The notes under the pieces were generated by a model. The model was not told the DNA's origin, made no database searches, and was given only the letters and a program-made list of their open reading frames with translations. Positions 8,980-17,237 of a stretch of DNA of 64,000 nucleotides are shown here, piece by piece (position 1 is the first letter of the stretch; each line of letters begins with the position of its first letter). Source of the DNA: Parcubacteria group bacterium LiPW_30 (lineage in GTDB: Bacteria > Patescibacteriota > Minisyncoccia > Phycocordibacterales > VMEP01); contig VMEP01000001.1 in assembly GCA_007375595.1 (NCBI GenBank), positions 557,089 to 621,088 on the forward strand, read 5' to 3'. A program made the position numbers and the translations under genes.

Positions 8980-10038
8980 CTACTCGTCGTCCTTTTCTGG
9001 TCCCTCAAGTAAAGAAACTTCAAACCCTGGGCTCGTGCCGGCAATTCTTAAAACATCCTTATCAACTTTCTTCAACTCCTTACTTGAAGTATTGTAGTGA
9101 TTTACCGCAGTCTGAAGCGTATTCCCCAAACTTCCATGAGATTTTTCATATGCTTTTAAATGCTTCCCAAGTTCCTCTACACGCTTAACAATATCTTTTG
9201 CTGTTTCTTCAATCTGCATCGCCTTAAGACCCTGAAGAACTGTTTGTAGATATGCGAGGAATGATGTCGGCGAAACAATAATAACGCGATACTTACCCGC
9301 CGCGCGTTGTATCAAATTCTCTTCATTTTCTTTAATCGAACCAACCTTGTTCACAAGCAAATCATAATAAATCGCTTCATGTGGGATAAACATAAAAGCA
9401 AAGTCCATCGTGCCTTCGTTCGGACGAATATATTTTGCTGTTTCCGTAATACGTAATTTTAAATCATTTTCAAAAACCTTAGCGAGACGTTCGCGTTCTG
9501 CCGGATTTCTTTCCTCAACAATACGGTTGTAGTTCTCAAGTGAAAATTTAGAATCAACAGGAATTATTTTATCTTTCACAAAAACCGCCGCATCAACAAT
9601 CTCCCCATCAGAAAAAGCGTACTGCATTTGATAACTCCCTGGTGGCATGACGTTCTTAAGTAGTGTCTCAAGATAATATTCACCCAAAATTCCACGTTGT
9701 TTTGGATTCTTTAAAATGTCCTGCAAAGATTGAAGTTGATCAGTAACAGAAATAACCTGCTTATTTGTCTCATCAAGACGGGTCAGCTTCTCTGTAATAT
9801 CACGAATTAAACTTTGTGATTCGCCAAATTGATGCCGAACGGCAGCCTGCATTTCTTTATTCGACTCCCCTAGTTTGTCATCCATTGTTCTTGCAAGAGT
9901 CGCAAGTTGATTCTGAATTAAAAGAAGACTATCTGTTTCAACGGAAGGTTTTTGAGACTGACCACGTAAAATAATCCAAACAATAAAAGCCCCGACAACA
10001 ATTCCAATTACTAAAAATATAATAGTGCCTAATTCCAT
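8980..10038 (-). CDS. rmuC: DNA recombination protein RmuC
   Basis: 352 aa with an N-terminal TM helix, a long coiled coil and the C-terminal RmuC-type nuclease-like region (FAFMFIPHEAIYYDLL). Confidence 0.7.
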   Translation of the reverse strand: MELGTIIFLVIGIVVGAFIVWIILRGQSQKPSVETDSLLLIQNQLATLARTMDDKLGESNKEMQAAVRHQFGESQSLIRDITEKLTRLDETNKQVISVTDQLQSLQDILKNPKQRGILGEYYLETLLKNVMPPGSYQMQYAFSDGEIVDAAVFVKDKIIPVDSKFSLENYNRIVEERNPAERERLAKVFENDLKLRITETAKYIRPNEGTMDFAFMFIPHEAIYYDLLVNKVGSIKENEENLIQRAAGKYRVIIVSPTSFLAYLQTVLQGLKAMQIEETAKDIVKRVEELGKHLKAYEKSHGSLGNTLQTAVNHYNTSSKELKKVDKDVLRIAGTSPGFEVSLLEGPEKDDE

Positions 10039-10070
10039 CCCGTTGATTGTAACAAATTATTTAGACAAAA

Positions 10071-10093
10071 GAAAAAACCCGCCGAAGCGGGTT
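10071..10093 (-). terminator. Rho-independent terminator (ACCCGC-CGAA-GCGGGT)
   Basis: Hairpin with a T-run on the minus strand, downstream of the 10188-10869 operon. Confidence 0.5.
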
Positions 10094-10187
10094 CTCTGCA
10101 CAGGTTTGGTGAAGTCGTTGCTATCAGATTCCCACGAGAACCTCGGCTTGCAACGGCAGGCATTCCGGGTGGAACATGGCAACGGCT

Positions 10188-10502
10188 CTAGAAGTAGGCC
10201 ACTATGCACGTACGGGCTACGCGCTCGTCCGTGTAAACTTCCAGACTGTGCCAACAAGATACGTAATTGAAACCGTTCCAGCCGATGGGCCCCATTATCG
10301 CGCCCAAAACCCTGCTCGGCAACGAAGCGTCGCTTTTCTTGGTCGAGATGTAGGCTTCGGTGTGCATCATTGCCACTTCCACGACCGCAGGAGCCAGTAT
10401 CTTCGCCACCAACGCGTAAAAGTACGCGAGAAAAAGCAATGCAAAAATGAATGCCTTTTTCCCGTTCACTGACTTTTCCAAACGTAATTTCGGATACCTC
10501 AT
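10188..10502 (-). CDS. Small membrane protein from the GC-rich two-gene cassette
   Basis: 104 aa from MRYPKL… with SD AGGGAGAG. One or two TM helices. GC about 52%. Confidence 0.4.
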   Translation of the reverse strand: MRYPKLRLEKSVNGKKAFIFALLFLAYFYALVAKILAPAVVEVAMMHTEAYISTKKSDASLPSRVLGAIMGPIGWNGFNYVSCWHSLEVYTDERVARTCIVAYF

Positions 10503-10530
10503 GGAACTCTCCCTTGTTGATGGGGTTGGT

Positions 10531-10869
10531 TTAGCGGACGATGGTTGCAGCAAAAACCGCAGTCATCATCAACACCCAGACGACCATTATGATGCGCATA
10601 CGCCAATCACCGTTGTGAACAACCGCCAGCGAAGCGCTCATGTTGACCAAAATCATCAACGGCCAGGTTAATGTCCGCAGTGAATCAATGTTTTCGGCCG
10701 TCCACGCCATGTGCAAGGTCGGAATGAATGTCAACGGGCCCACGAGAACGAAACCCAAAAACACTTTCCCGATTTTTGTTTGCACAAACGGTAAGGTTGC
10801 CCTTGCGACTTTCTCGTTGATTGCATCCACCTTTCCCGGAATTGCCTTCACTATCTTTGGAACGTACAT
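10531..10869 (-). CDS. Membrane protein from the GC-rich two-gene cassette
   Basis: 112 aa with three predicted TM helices. Strong SD AGGGAGGATGG. GC about 52%. Confidence 0.5.
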   Translation of the reverse strand: MYVPKIVKAIPGKVDAINEKVARATLPFVQTKIGKVFLGFVLVGPLTFIPTLHMAWTAENIDSLRTLTWPLMILVNMSASLAVVHNGDWRMRIIMVVWVLMMTAVFAATIVR

Positions 10870-10943
10870 GCCATCCTCCCTTTGAGAATTGTTAAACTAC
10901 CAGAAACATTACAACTTAATATCAAAAAGTCAATAGTTAAAAA

Positions 10944-11729
10944 TTACCACAATGACGCTGTCCCCACGCTTTTTTTCTTCGGCATAACTTCTGTCACCGC
11001 CTCACGATATAAGCAGTAGTCACAGCTCTCACTTTCTTTTGGTGGCTCATCCAGCAATAAACATTTTTTAGCCCCAATAAGCGCTTCTTCTATCCAATCA
11101 TCTGAACCTTTATATGGAATAACCTTCACATCAAACTCAAGCTTGGCATCAAAAGCCTCCTTATCTGAAATACCATTGCAGTAAACGAAGTATCCCGTAT
11201 TTGAGACGATATGGTCGTTCTGACGAAGAAGCCATTGATACACTTCCATTTGACGCTTATATCCATCTTGCCACTCTGCATCTAAAGACACTTCCCCTTC
11301 TTTACTTGTCGCCTTATAATCAACAACCATAATTTCGCCAGATGGCGCTTCCCAAATATCATCCACCGCGCCAGTCACGATGAAGTTTGTTTTCTTATGT
11401 AAAAAACGCACCCCAACAAAATTGTTTCGCCAATCTTCAAGATTGTCATGCTTAAACGGCACAGCATCGATTTTATACTTCGCCATCAAAGGATGAGCCG
11501 AAGCCTTCGCTCGATAAATATCAAATTCTTTTTTGAGAAGTTTGTCGACAGCTGAGTTAAGAGAAAAAGGAAACCCTGGTGGCCTCCCTACACCCAATCT
11601 TCGATCCAAATAAAAACATCTAGGGCATTCCAAGAACAAATCTATCTTTGAACGGGAAAGGGCAAATGGTTCTGTGCTCTCTGGGCTAAATTTATTTTTT
11701 GTTCGGCGGGGATTGTAATACTGTGACAT
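10944..11729 (-). CDS. PD-(D/E)XK nuclease of the Cas4/RecB family with an Fe-S cluster
   Basis: 261 aa. N-terminal CPRC. MVVDYK matches the (D/E)xK motif. QMEVYQWLL matches the QhxxY motif. C-terminal CDYC. This is the Cas4/AddB-type nuclease domain. No CRISPR array is nearby. Confidence 0.6.
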   Translation of the reverse strand: MSQYYNPRRTKNKFSPESTEPFALSRSKIDLFLECPRCFYLDRRLGVGRPPGFPFSLNSAVDKLLKKEFDIYRAKASAHPLMAKYKIDAVPFKHDNLEDWRNNFVGVRFLHKKTNFIVTGAVDDIWEAPSGEIMVVDYKATSKEGEVSLDAEWQDGYKRQMEVYQWLLRQNDHIVSNTGYFVYCNGISDKEAFDAKLEFDVKVIPYKGSDDWIEEALIGAKKCLLLDEPPKESESCDYCLYREAVTEVMPKKKSVGTASLW

Positions 11730-11782
11730 TTTTGTGGTTTTATAATTTCCACTATTGTATACTTAATTTCACATATATAAAA

Positions 11783-12241
11783 ATGACACTTTACGAACAA
11801 CTCAAAGAAGAACTAAAGACCGCCATGAAGGCGCACGACGAAACCGCGCTAAACACCGTTCGTGGAATACTTTCCGCCTGCACAAACGAGCTCGTCGCAA
11901 CAAAACGCTCACCTCAAGAAATCTTGTGTGATGAAGATATTATTACTGTTATAAAGCGCGCCGTTAAACAAAGAAAAGATTCAGTTGAACAATACATGAA
12001 AGGAAACCGTTCTGATCTTGCACAAGTTGAAATGGCAGAGATTTCCCTTCTTGAAAAATACCTCCCGCCTACAATGGGTCGTGATGATATAGCTCGTGTT
12101 GTTAAATCAAAAATTGAAGACCTTGGCGGAATTGTTGATAAATCTAAAAAAGGGATGCTTATGGGTATAGTCATGAATGAACTAAAAGGTGTAGCAGATG
12201 GCAACGATGTTAAAGACGTTATAGATGAACTTTTGGTTTAA
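11783..12241 (+). CDS. yqeY: GatB/YqeY domain protein
   Basis: 152 aa. MTLYEQLKEELKTAMKAHDETALNTVRGILSA… fits the YqeY family. Confidence 0.75.
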   Translation: MTLYEQLKEELKTAMKAHDETALNTVRGILSACTNELVATKRSPQEILCDEDIITVIKRAVKQRKDSVEQYMKGNRSDLAQVEMAEISLLEKYLPPTMGRDDIARVVKSKIEDLGGIVDKSKKGMLMGIVMNELKGVADGNDVKDVIDELLV

Positions 12242-12337
12242 ACTTTAGTTTTTTCAGCATTTTCCCTGGTACCCGTGTATATCCTTAAATACATACATTG
12301 CGCGATGTTGTGTTTTTCTTTCTTTAGACACTAAGTT

Positions 12338-12606
12338 TTTATCTTTAAAAACATTGCGCAGACCGACGCTCAATTGCGATAAGTGAAGTAATTGAGAGAC
12401 GGAGGCTGTCGAGCCGAGTCGGGTGAGAAAGCGAAGAATGAAGCTTTCGCAAGGTCGGACTGAGCGAAGGCGAAGGAGACGGGGTCGCGAGTTTTGCTAG
12501 CAAGCAAAAACCTGTGACCACGCAAATTTCTAGCAAGAAATTATGCGTGGCGCGAGCATAGTAAAAACTTAGCAAAGTTTTATGCGTGTTTTTAAAGGTA
12601 AAAACA
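12338..12606. repeat. Composite, longest copy of the MITE-like repeat family, bounded by CTTTAAAAACA…TGTTTTTAAAG inverted repeats
   Basis: Contains three hairpin modules (TTTTGCTAGCAAGCAAAA, AAATTTCTAGCAAGAAATT, AAAACTTAGCAAAGTTTT) plus the GC-rich module (GGAGGCTGTCGAGCCGAG…GGGGTCGCGAG) that is shared with copies at 42943 and 43388. Confidence 0.6.
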
Positions 12607-12620
12607 AAAAAAGATACATT

Positions 12621-12649
12621 GACAAATCTCTGTTTTCTGTTATACTCCA
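12621..12649 (+). promoter_or_regulatory. Sigma70-like promoter (TTGACA-16 nt-TATACT)
   Basis: Consensus hexamers. The -35 region forms a 10-bp inverted repeat with the start-codon region (GACAAATCTC / GAGATTTGTC). Confidence 0.4.
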
Positions 12650-12675
12650 AAAAGATCAACTAGTGGAGATTTGTC

Positions 12676-12930
12676 ATGGCTACCACCGATTTCCAAAAAG
12701 AAATTGCTGGAAAAGTTTTTGATCAAATGGCGAAAGAGCATCTGACTTCCTTCGACGAAAAGAGGTACAGTCAAATCCTCTATCCCCTCCTCACTGCGAA
12801 CGGTGCGGTATCAGAAAGTCGCCCGTATCACTGGAGAGCAATCAAACCACTGGTGGAAAAGAAATTCAAAAACCACCAGAGCCTTGTGAAGCAACACAAA
12901 CTTCGATTCGCCGAATCTTGGGCGAAGTAA
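12676..12930 (+). CDS. Hypothetical protein encoded by a GC-rich orphan ORF
   Basis: 84 aa. SD GGAG. Terminator at 12962-12993. Confidence 0.4.
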   Translation: MATTDFQKEIAGKVFDQMAKEHLTSFDEKRYSQILYPLLTANGAVSESRPYHWRAIKPLVEKKFKNHQSLVKQHKLRFAESWAK

Positions 12931-13068
12931 AGAGACTCATGATGTGCGTAATTGTGCAAACAGCGCCCAAATTATCAGGGCGCTTATTTTTTTGCCTAAT
13001 TTTTATATACACAAAAACAAGGCCACCCAATAAGGGTGGCGAATGGAACGGTGCTGTTCATGTAGGTT

Positions 13069-13221
13069 TTACCAGCTCTCGAAGGAGTCGGTTTCGACCA
13101 TGGTGGCGAGCTCTTGCGAATTGATTTCGAGTTGGTCCACCTCATCTTCTCCGAGAAGGCCGGCGATGAATTCATCGGCCGCCAGGGTAAACTTGCCCCA
13201 CAGGTTGCTCAAAAATTTCAT
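13069..13221 (-). CDS. Small acidic ORF (50 aa, MKFLSNLWGKFTLAADEFIAGLLGEDEVDQLEINSQELATMVETDSFESW)
   Basis: SD GGAGGA 9 nt upstream. GC about 55%. Terminator hairpin GCCACCC-TTATT-GGGTGGC + T-run at 13011-13040. Confidence 0.35.
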   Translation of the reverse strand: MKFLSNLWGKFTLAADEFIAGLLGEDEVDQLEINSQELATMVETDSFESW

Positions 13222-13337
13222 GGCTATTTTCCTCCGTTTTTGTTGTACAGGATTGCTTTATTCACAGTACCACAGGAATTGAGTGATGGGAAGGGGGGAT
13301 ACTAAGTGTGTCTGTTTTTTGTGGGGGAGGTGTTTTT

Positions 13338-13979
13338 TTATTCTTTTTTTAATAACTTAATAATTTCAACAATCTCTTTATATCTACTATCTTCATCACT
13401 CCAATTTAAAAAATGGCCGCACCTCTTTGCTTTTTCTATTTCCCTTTCAACATTTTCTTTTTTAAAATCATCAGTAAAATCAACAGCCTGACCATCTTTA
13501 GAAATTCTCACATAAAACGAATTCTGTTTTATTTTATCCTCTTTCCCGTTTAATACTGACTTAGCCTCTTCGTCATATTCTGGAGTTTCAACCCAATCCC
13601 AATTTGATGATTCCCATCTACGTAAAACTTCATGAACATATATGTTAATTGCATCAGAAACCACCCTCGGTCTACTAAGTAGCGTTTTACTTTTAATCAT
13701 TTCCAAAAATTCATCCGTACTTGGGTTAAGGAACTCAAGAATAATAACCATTAATTGTTTAGAAACATGATGATTAAGAGAACTTCTTACCTCATTTGTC
13801 CATTTTAATGCACCATTTTTTACTAATTTTAATATAAATCCTTTCGCAAATTCTTCTTGTGCCAATTTTGCTAATCCATATGCTGAGGCATATCTGTCTA
13901 GGTCAAATAAATACTCAGAATCTTCTAAAAGCCTGTTTCCATTCTTTTCACAAACTTTTATTGACTGAGATAATTTCAT
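13338..13979 (-). CDS. HEPN-like protein, a putative RNase effector partner of the upstream ATPase
   Basis: 213 aa. Contains EVRSSLNHH, an Rx4H(H) motif, within a predicted helical N-terminal domain of ~100 aa. Lies 18 nt downstream of the ATPase gene on the same strand. Confidence 0.45.
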   Translation of the reverse strand: MKLSQSIKVCEKNGNRLLEDSEYLFDLDRYASAYGLAKLAQEEFAKGFILKLVKNGALKWTNEVRSSLNHHVSKQLMVIILEFLNPSTDEFLEMIKSKTLLSRPRVVSDAINIYVHEVLRRWESSNWDWVETPEYDEEAKSVLNGKEDKIKQNSFYVRISKDGQAVDFTDDFKKENVEREIEKAKRCGHFLNWSDEDSRYKEIVEIIKLLKKE

Positions 13980-13997
13980 AATAATAACAAAATCAGA

Positions 13998-16307
13998 TTA
14001 ATCAGTCGCCTTATTGATTATTTTAAAATGAGCTGGGGAAATTGCTTCCATCATCTCAAATAATTCTCTAACTACTTTTTTTGTTTCCGGCACAAGTGCT
14101 GGGTCAAACCCAGAACCAGTAATATGTGATTGATTGTTAGTGAACTTATATATTGCATCCAATTTTTGCTCATCAAACTTATCTTTTTTTAATTCTTCTA
14201 TCTTCTGATACGGTGCTCTGCCGTTCGGCACAGCAAACATTAAAAAGGTGTCCCAAACCTTTCTTGCAATATTTGGTATAAAATACGCCTTTTCTATTGA
14301 ATCGTCCTGTTCATCCCTCATTTGTTTTAATATTTTAAACAAATAGTGGTATTCGCTTTCGTAATCACATAGCTCTTTATCCATTTTCGTAATATACGCA
14401 GACCGTATATTATTCACAAAATTATTTTTAATCATATAGTACTCAGTATTTTTCTTGTTTTCACTGCTACCCTTTCTCCAGTTCATTAGCAATTTTAGGA
14501 AATCAAAACTATGGGTGAGTATAAATACTTGACCACCATCCTTTGCAGCATTTTTTAAAAAACTAAATGCTTGATATAGAGAGTTGGAATCAAGGCTTGA
14601 GATTGGATCATCCACAACAATAATTCCGTCGCTTCCCCTAAAATCCTGATCGCCAAGATGCACGACAAAATAAATAAAAGCTATGGCAGTTTTTTCCCCT
14701 TCACTCAAAAAAGAAGCCGGCTTATCCCCACGCATAATATGATACCCGGTAACAATTTCTTTTTCTTCTCCATTACCATCAGGTTCTTTTTCTATCTGGG
14801 GAACAAAAATTAACTCCTGATGTCCTAGAAATGTCGAGAGTTTCTTATTTATGTCCTCACATGCCTTATGTTTAGATGAAATCTGTGCCATATTCTCAGC
14901 AATACTCTTCCGAATGTCGGAAATTTCTGTTTCCAATAATTTAATATCTTCGTCAAGTTTTAAAATATCGGTATCAAGTTTCCTTACTTCATCAAAAATT
15001 GTACTTAAATAATGCAATTTTAGTCTCTGGATTGCTTCTTTCTTTACGTCCTCAAAATCGGAAGTTGTTTTATTATGAACCGCAATAATCTGATTTAATT
15101 CGTTTATACGCACAAAGAAGTCTTCAATATCAGGTTTTGCTTTCAAAACAAGTGTTTCTGTTGTCTTGTTTTTTTTAGACTTCAATTCTGCAATAAGTTT
15201 TGTAATGTTCGCGAGAATTTGTTGTTTCGCGGATTCAAAATTTGAACCTTTGGTATCAAAAGAATCTTGTAGGTCAGTATAAAACCTCGCCCTATCTGGA
15301 GCCTGCAGAGATTGAATGACTGGATAAATCTTTTCCAGATTATCTACCAATACATCTATGTCATCTTTCAACTTCTTATCCGCTTCATTAAAGTGTCGGG
15401 CTAACTGTTCAATACGGGCAACGGGAATTTTCTGTAGACAATATTCGCAATTATCAGATATATGTTTTTTGTGTAAATGGAATCCTTGCTCTACCCATTC
15501 CGATATATCCTCATTCAAAGCAAATCTAGAAACGATTTCCGACTCAACAGTTTTAAATAGAAGTGTCTTTGCCCTATCGTCTATTAATTTCAAAAGGTTT
15601 AAAATTTCAAATTCTTCGCCAACATCTTCATTTTTTATTTTTTTGACGGTAAGCAGGTCAATTATAGTTAAGGAATCTTGCTTTGCGGAAAGTGAGTATC
15701 TCTCAAGGTCATCAACCGACAATTCCGCTTTTGTCGTTAGAGTACTGAAGCCCATTTCTGCTTGCGGTTTTCTATAATCACGCAACGCATTTCCACCAAT
15801 CGCCGCACCAATTGTCTTTGCAATTTCAGTAAATTTTCCATCACGCTCTGTTAATTTTCGCCTCTTATCTCTTGAGTATCCCATATGCAAGAAAATCTTT
15901 CCCTTGTTTACGACATCAATCTGGTCGCCATCAAGTAATTTCTTATCATTTTCAATTTTTTCTATCAAATCCTTATTTTCCTCACCAAGTAAGACAGAGA
16001 TTGAATTTGCCCGGCTTTCAAGAATTTTTACATTATTCTGTATATAATCTTGATTGAATACACGAATTTTTTTTGGAAATACTTCGCCTTGTTTGTATTT
16101 AACCCCTTTCTCATCTTCAATCTCATATTCCAAATCTTCAACAGAAACTCCCGCTATTCCATCAAACAAACGTGATAAAGTTGTTTTTCCGCTTCCGTTC
16201 CAACCATAAACAAGATTAAACTGCTTAAAAACTGGGAGGGTAGAGTCCCGCGTGTAGTTATAAAAGACTAGCCCGAGATTTTTTATTCTGTTAATTTTAG
16301 AAATCAT
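13998..16307 (-). CDS. AAA_13/RloC-like ABC-type ATPase with a coiled-coil zinc hook
   Basis: 769 aa. The N-terminus ISKINRIKNLGLVF…FNLVYGWNGSGKTT contains Walker A. A long coiled coil carries CEYC (a CxxC zinc hook) near residue 285. LSEGEK is the ABC signature. IIVVDDPISSLD is Walker B/D-loop. ILTHS is the H-loop. The ~190-aa C-terminal domain has no known function. Confidence 0.8.
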   Translation of the reverse strand: MISKINRIKNLGLVFYNYTRDSTLPVFKQFNLVYGWNGSGKTTLSRLFDGIAGVSVEDLEYEIEDEKGVKYKQGEVFPKKIRVFNQDYIQNNVKILESRANSISVLLGEENKDLIEKIENDKKLLDGDQIDVVNKGKIFLHMGYSRDKRRKLTERDGKFTEIAKTIGAAIGGNALRDYRKPQAEMGFSTLTTKAELSVDDLERYSLSAKQDSLTIIDLLTVKKIKNEDVGEEFEILNLLKLIDDRAKTLLFKTVESEIVSRFALNEDISEWVEQGFHLHKKHISDNCEYCLQKIPVARIEQLARHFNEADKKLKDDIDVLVDNLEKIYPVIQSLQAPDRARFYTDLQDSFDTKGSNFESAKQQILANITKLIAELKSKKNKTTETLVLKAKPDIEDFFVRINELNQIIAVHNKTTSDFEDVKKEAIQRLKLHYLSTIFDEVRKLDTDILKLDEDIKLLETEISDIRKSIAENMAQISSKHKACEDINKKLSTFLGHQELIFVPQIEKEPDGNGEEKEIVTGYHIMRGDKPASFLSEGEKTAIAFIYFVVHLGDQDFRGSDGIIVVDDPISSLDSNSLYQAFSFLKNAAKDGGQVFILTHSFDFLKLLMNWRKGSSENKKNTEYYMIKNNFVNNIRSAYITKMDKELCDYESEYHYLFKILKQMRDEQDDSIEKAYFIPNIARKVWDTFLMFAVPNGRAPYQKIEELKKDKFDEQKLDAIYKFTNNQSHITGSGFDPALVPETKKVVRELFEMMEAISPAHFKIINKATD

Positions 16308-16410
16308 AAGTTTATTCTATCAGGAGCAAAAGCATAATTTTTTTCTTCAAATCATATTTCCAAACCATAAAAATTTTCCAGACCCGGACTCATTTCTACT
16401 CCGCAAATTT

Positions 16411-16579
16411 ACATGGTCACAAGTCACTAAGTTTAATCCCTACAGAGACCGCGAGTACGCTTCGGTCACGAGTTACTAAGCATTTTGGCACCATTAGCAC
16501 CAAAATACAAAATACTCGCAGTTACGCCATATTGAAGGCTACGCCTACGTAATCTGTATGGTCACAAGTCACTAAGTTT
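16411..16579. repeat. Two 22-bp direct repeats (ATGGTCACAAGTCACTAAGTTT) 147 bp apart, inside the 400-bp non-coding spacer
   Basis: Exact copies at 16411-16432 and 16558-16579. Confidence 0.6.
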
Positions 16580-16598
16580 TTTGTTCGCACTTCGTACT

Positions 16599-16656
16599 CC
16601 AAAAAACGTAAGTGCTCGCGACCCCGCCTCGCGGTTTTGTCTGCTGACAAAACATC
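16599..16656. repeat. Copy of the MITE-like repeat family (GCTCGCGACCCCGCCTCGCGG-TTTTGTCTGCTGACAAAAC)
   Basis: Has both the hairpin module and the GC module. Confidence 0.45.
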
Positions 16657-16712
16657 GCTGTGGCTTCATTCGTCTAAAAAAGTGAAGTAGTTCACTTTTC
16701 CTTAACGCCGAA

Positions 16713-16784
16713 TGACCCTACAGAGAATCGAACTCTGATTCCCGCCTTGAGAAGGCGGTGTCCTAACCGTTAGACGATAGGGCC
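16713..16784 (-). tRNA. tRNA-Glu (anticodon CTC)
   Basis: Full cloverleaf on the minus strand: acceptor GGCCCTA/TAGGGTC, D-arm GTCT/AACGGTTA/GGAC, anticodon stem CCGCC/GGCGG with loop TTCTCAA, T-arm CAGAG/TTCGATT/CTCTG, discriminator A. A terminator hairpin follows at 16676-16699. Confidence 0.85.
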
Positions 16785-16946
16785 ACTAAATCATTTTGTA
16801 CTCAAAATGATCGGGCGAACAATTTCTACTGAAATTGTTTTAGCCAAAAACACCATAAACACACATAGCTTATATTTTTTCCCCGTTTCTATCAAGTTTA
16901 AATTAACAAAGCCCGCGGTGACGCGGGCTTTCGTTCGGGTTAGCAA

Positions 16947-17138
16947 TCAACGGGGAAAAATGATTTCCCAGATGTCGCTGTAGGTTGAGAAAATCTTGTC
17001 GATGATTCCCGATCCATCCCCGTAAATACCGAGAATTGCTAAAACCGCAACAGTGACGAGAAGGATAAACAGAATCTCAATACTTCTGGTTTCCTTGCGA
17101 ATATCGGTTTCCTCACCGGGATACATGTCTGTTTCCAT
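16947..17138 (-). CDS. Small single-TM membrane protein
   Basis: 63 aa. Strong SD GGAGGAAAG-ATG. Bidirectional terminator at 16910-16940. Confidence 0.45.
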   Translation of the reverse strand: METDMYPGEETDIRKETRSIEILFILLVTVAVLAILGIYGDGSGIIDKIFSTYSDIWEIIFPR

Positions 17139-17237
17139 CTTTCCTCCAAGTTGTCTACGCCACTTGAGCCAATCTCAAATAGCTGGAACTGTTTATACTT
17201 CCATTACTTTAGAACACTAAATATTACACGTCAACTT

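Noticed and set aside
12345-12659. 104-aa minus-strand ORF
   Set aside because: Lies wholly within the composite repeat element. Low-complexity Ser/Leu-rich product. No RBS.
16411-16579. Possible CRISPR array from the two 22-bp direct repeats
   Set aside because: Only two repeat units, with a 125-bp spacer, and no cas genes. Does not fit CRISPR architecture.
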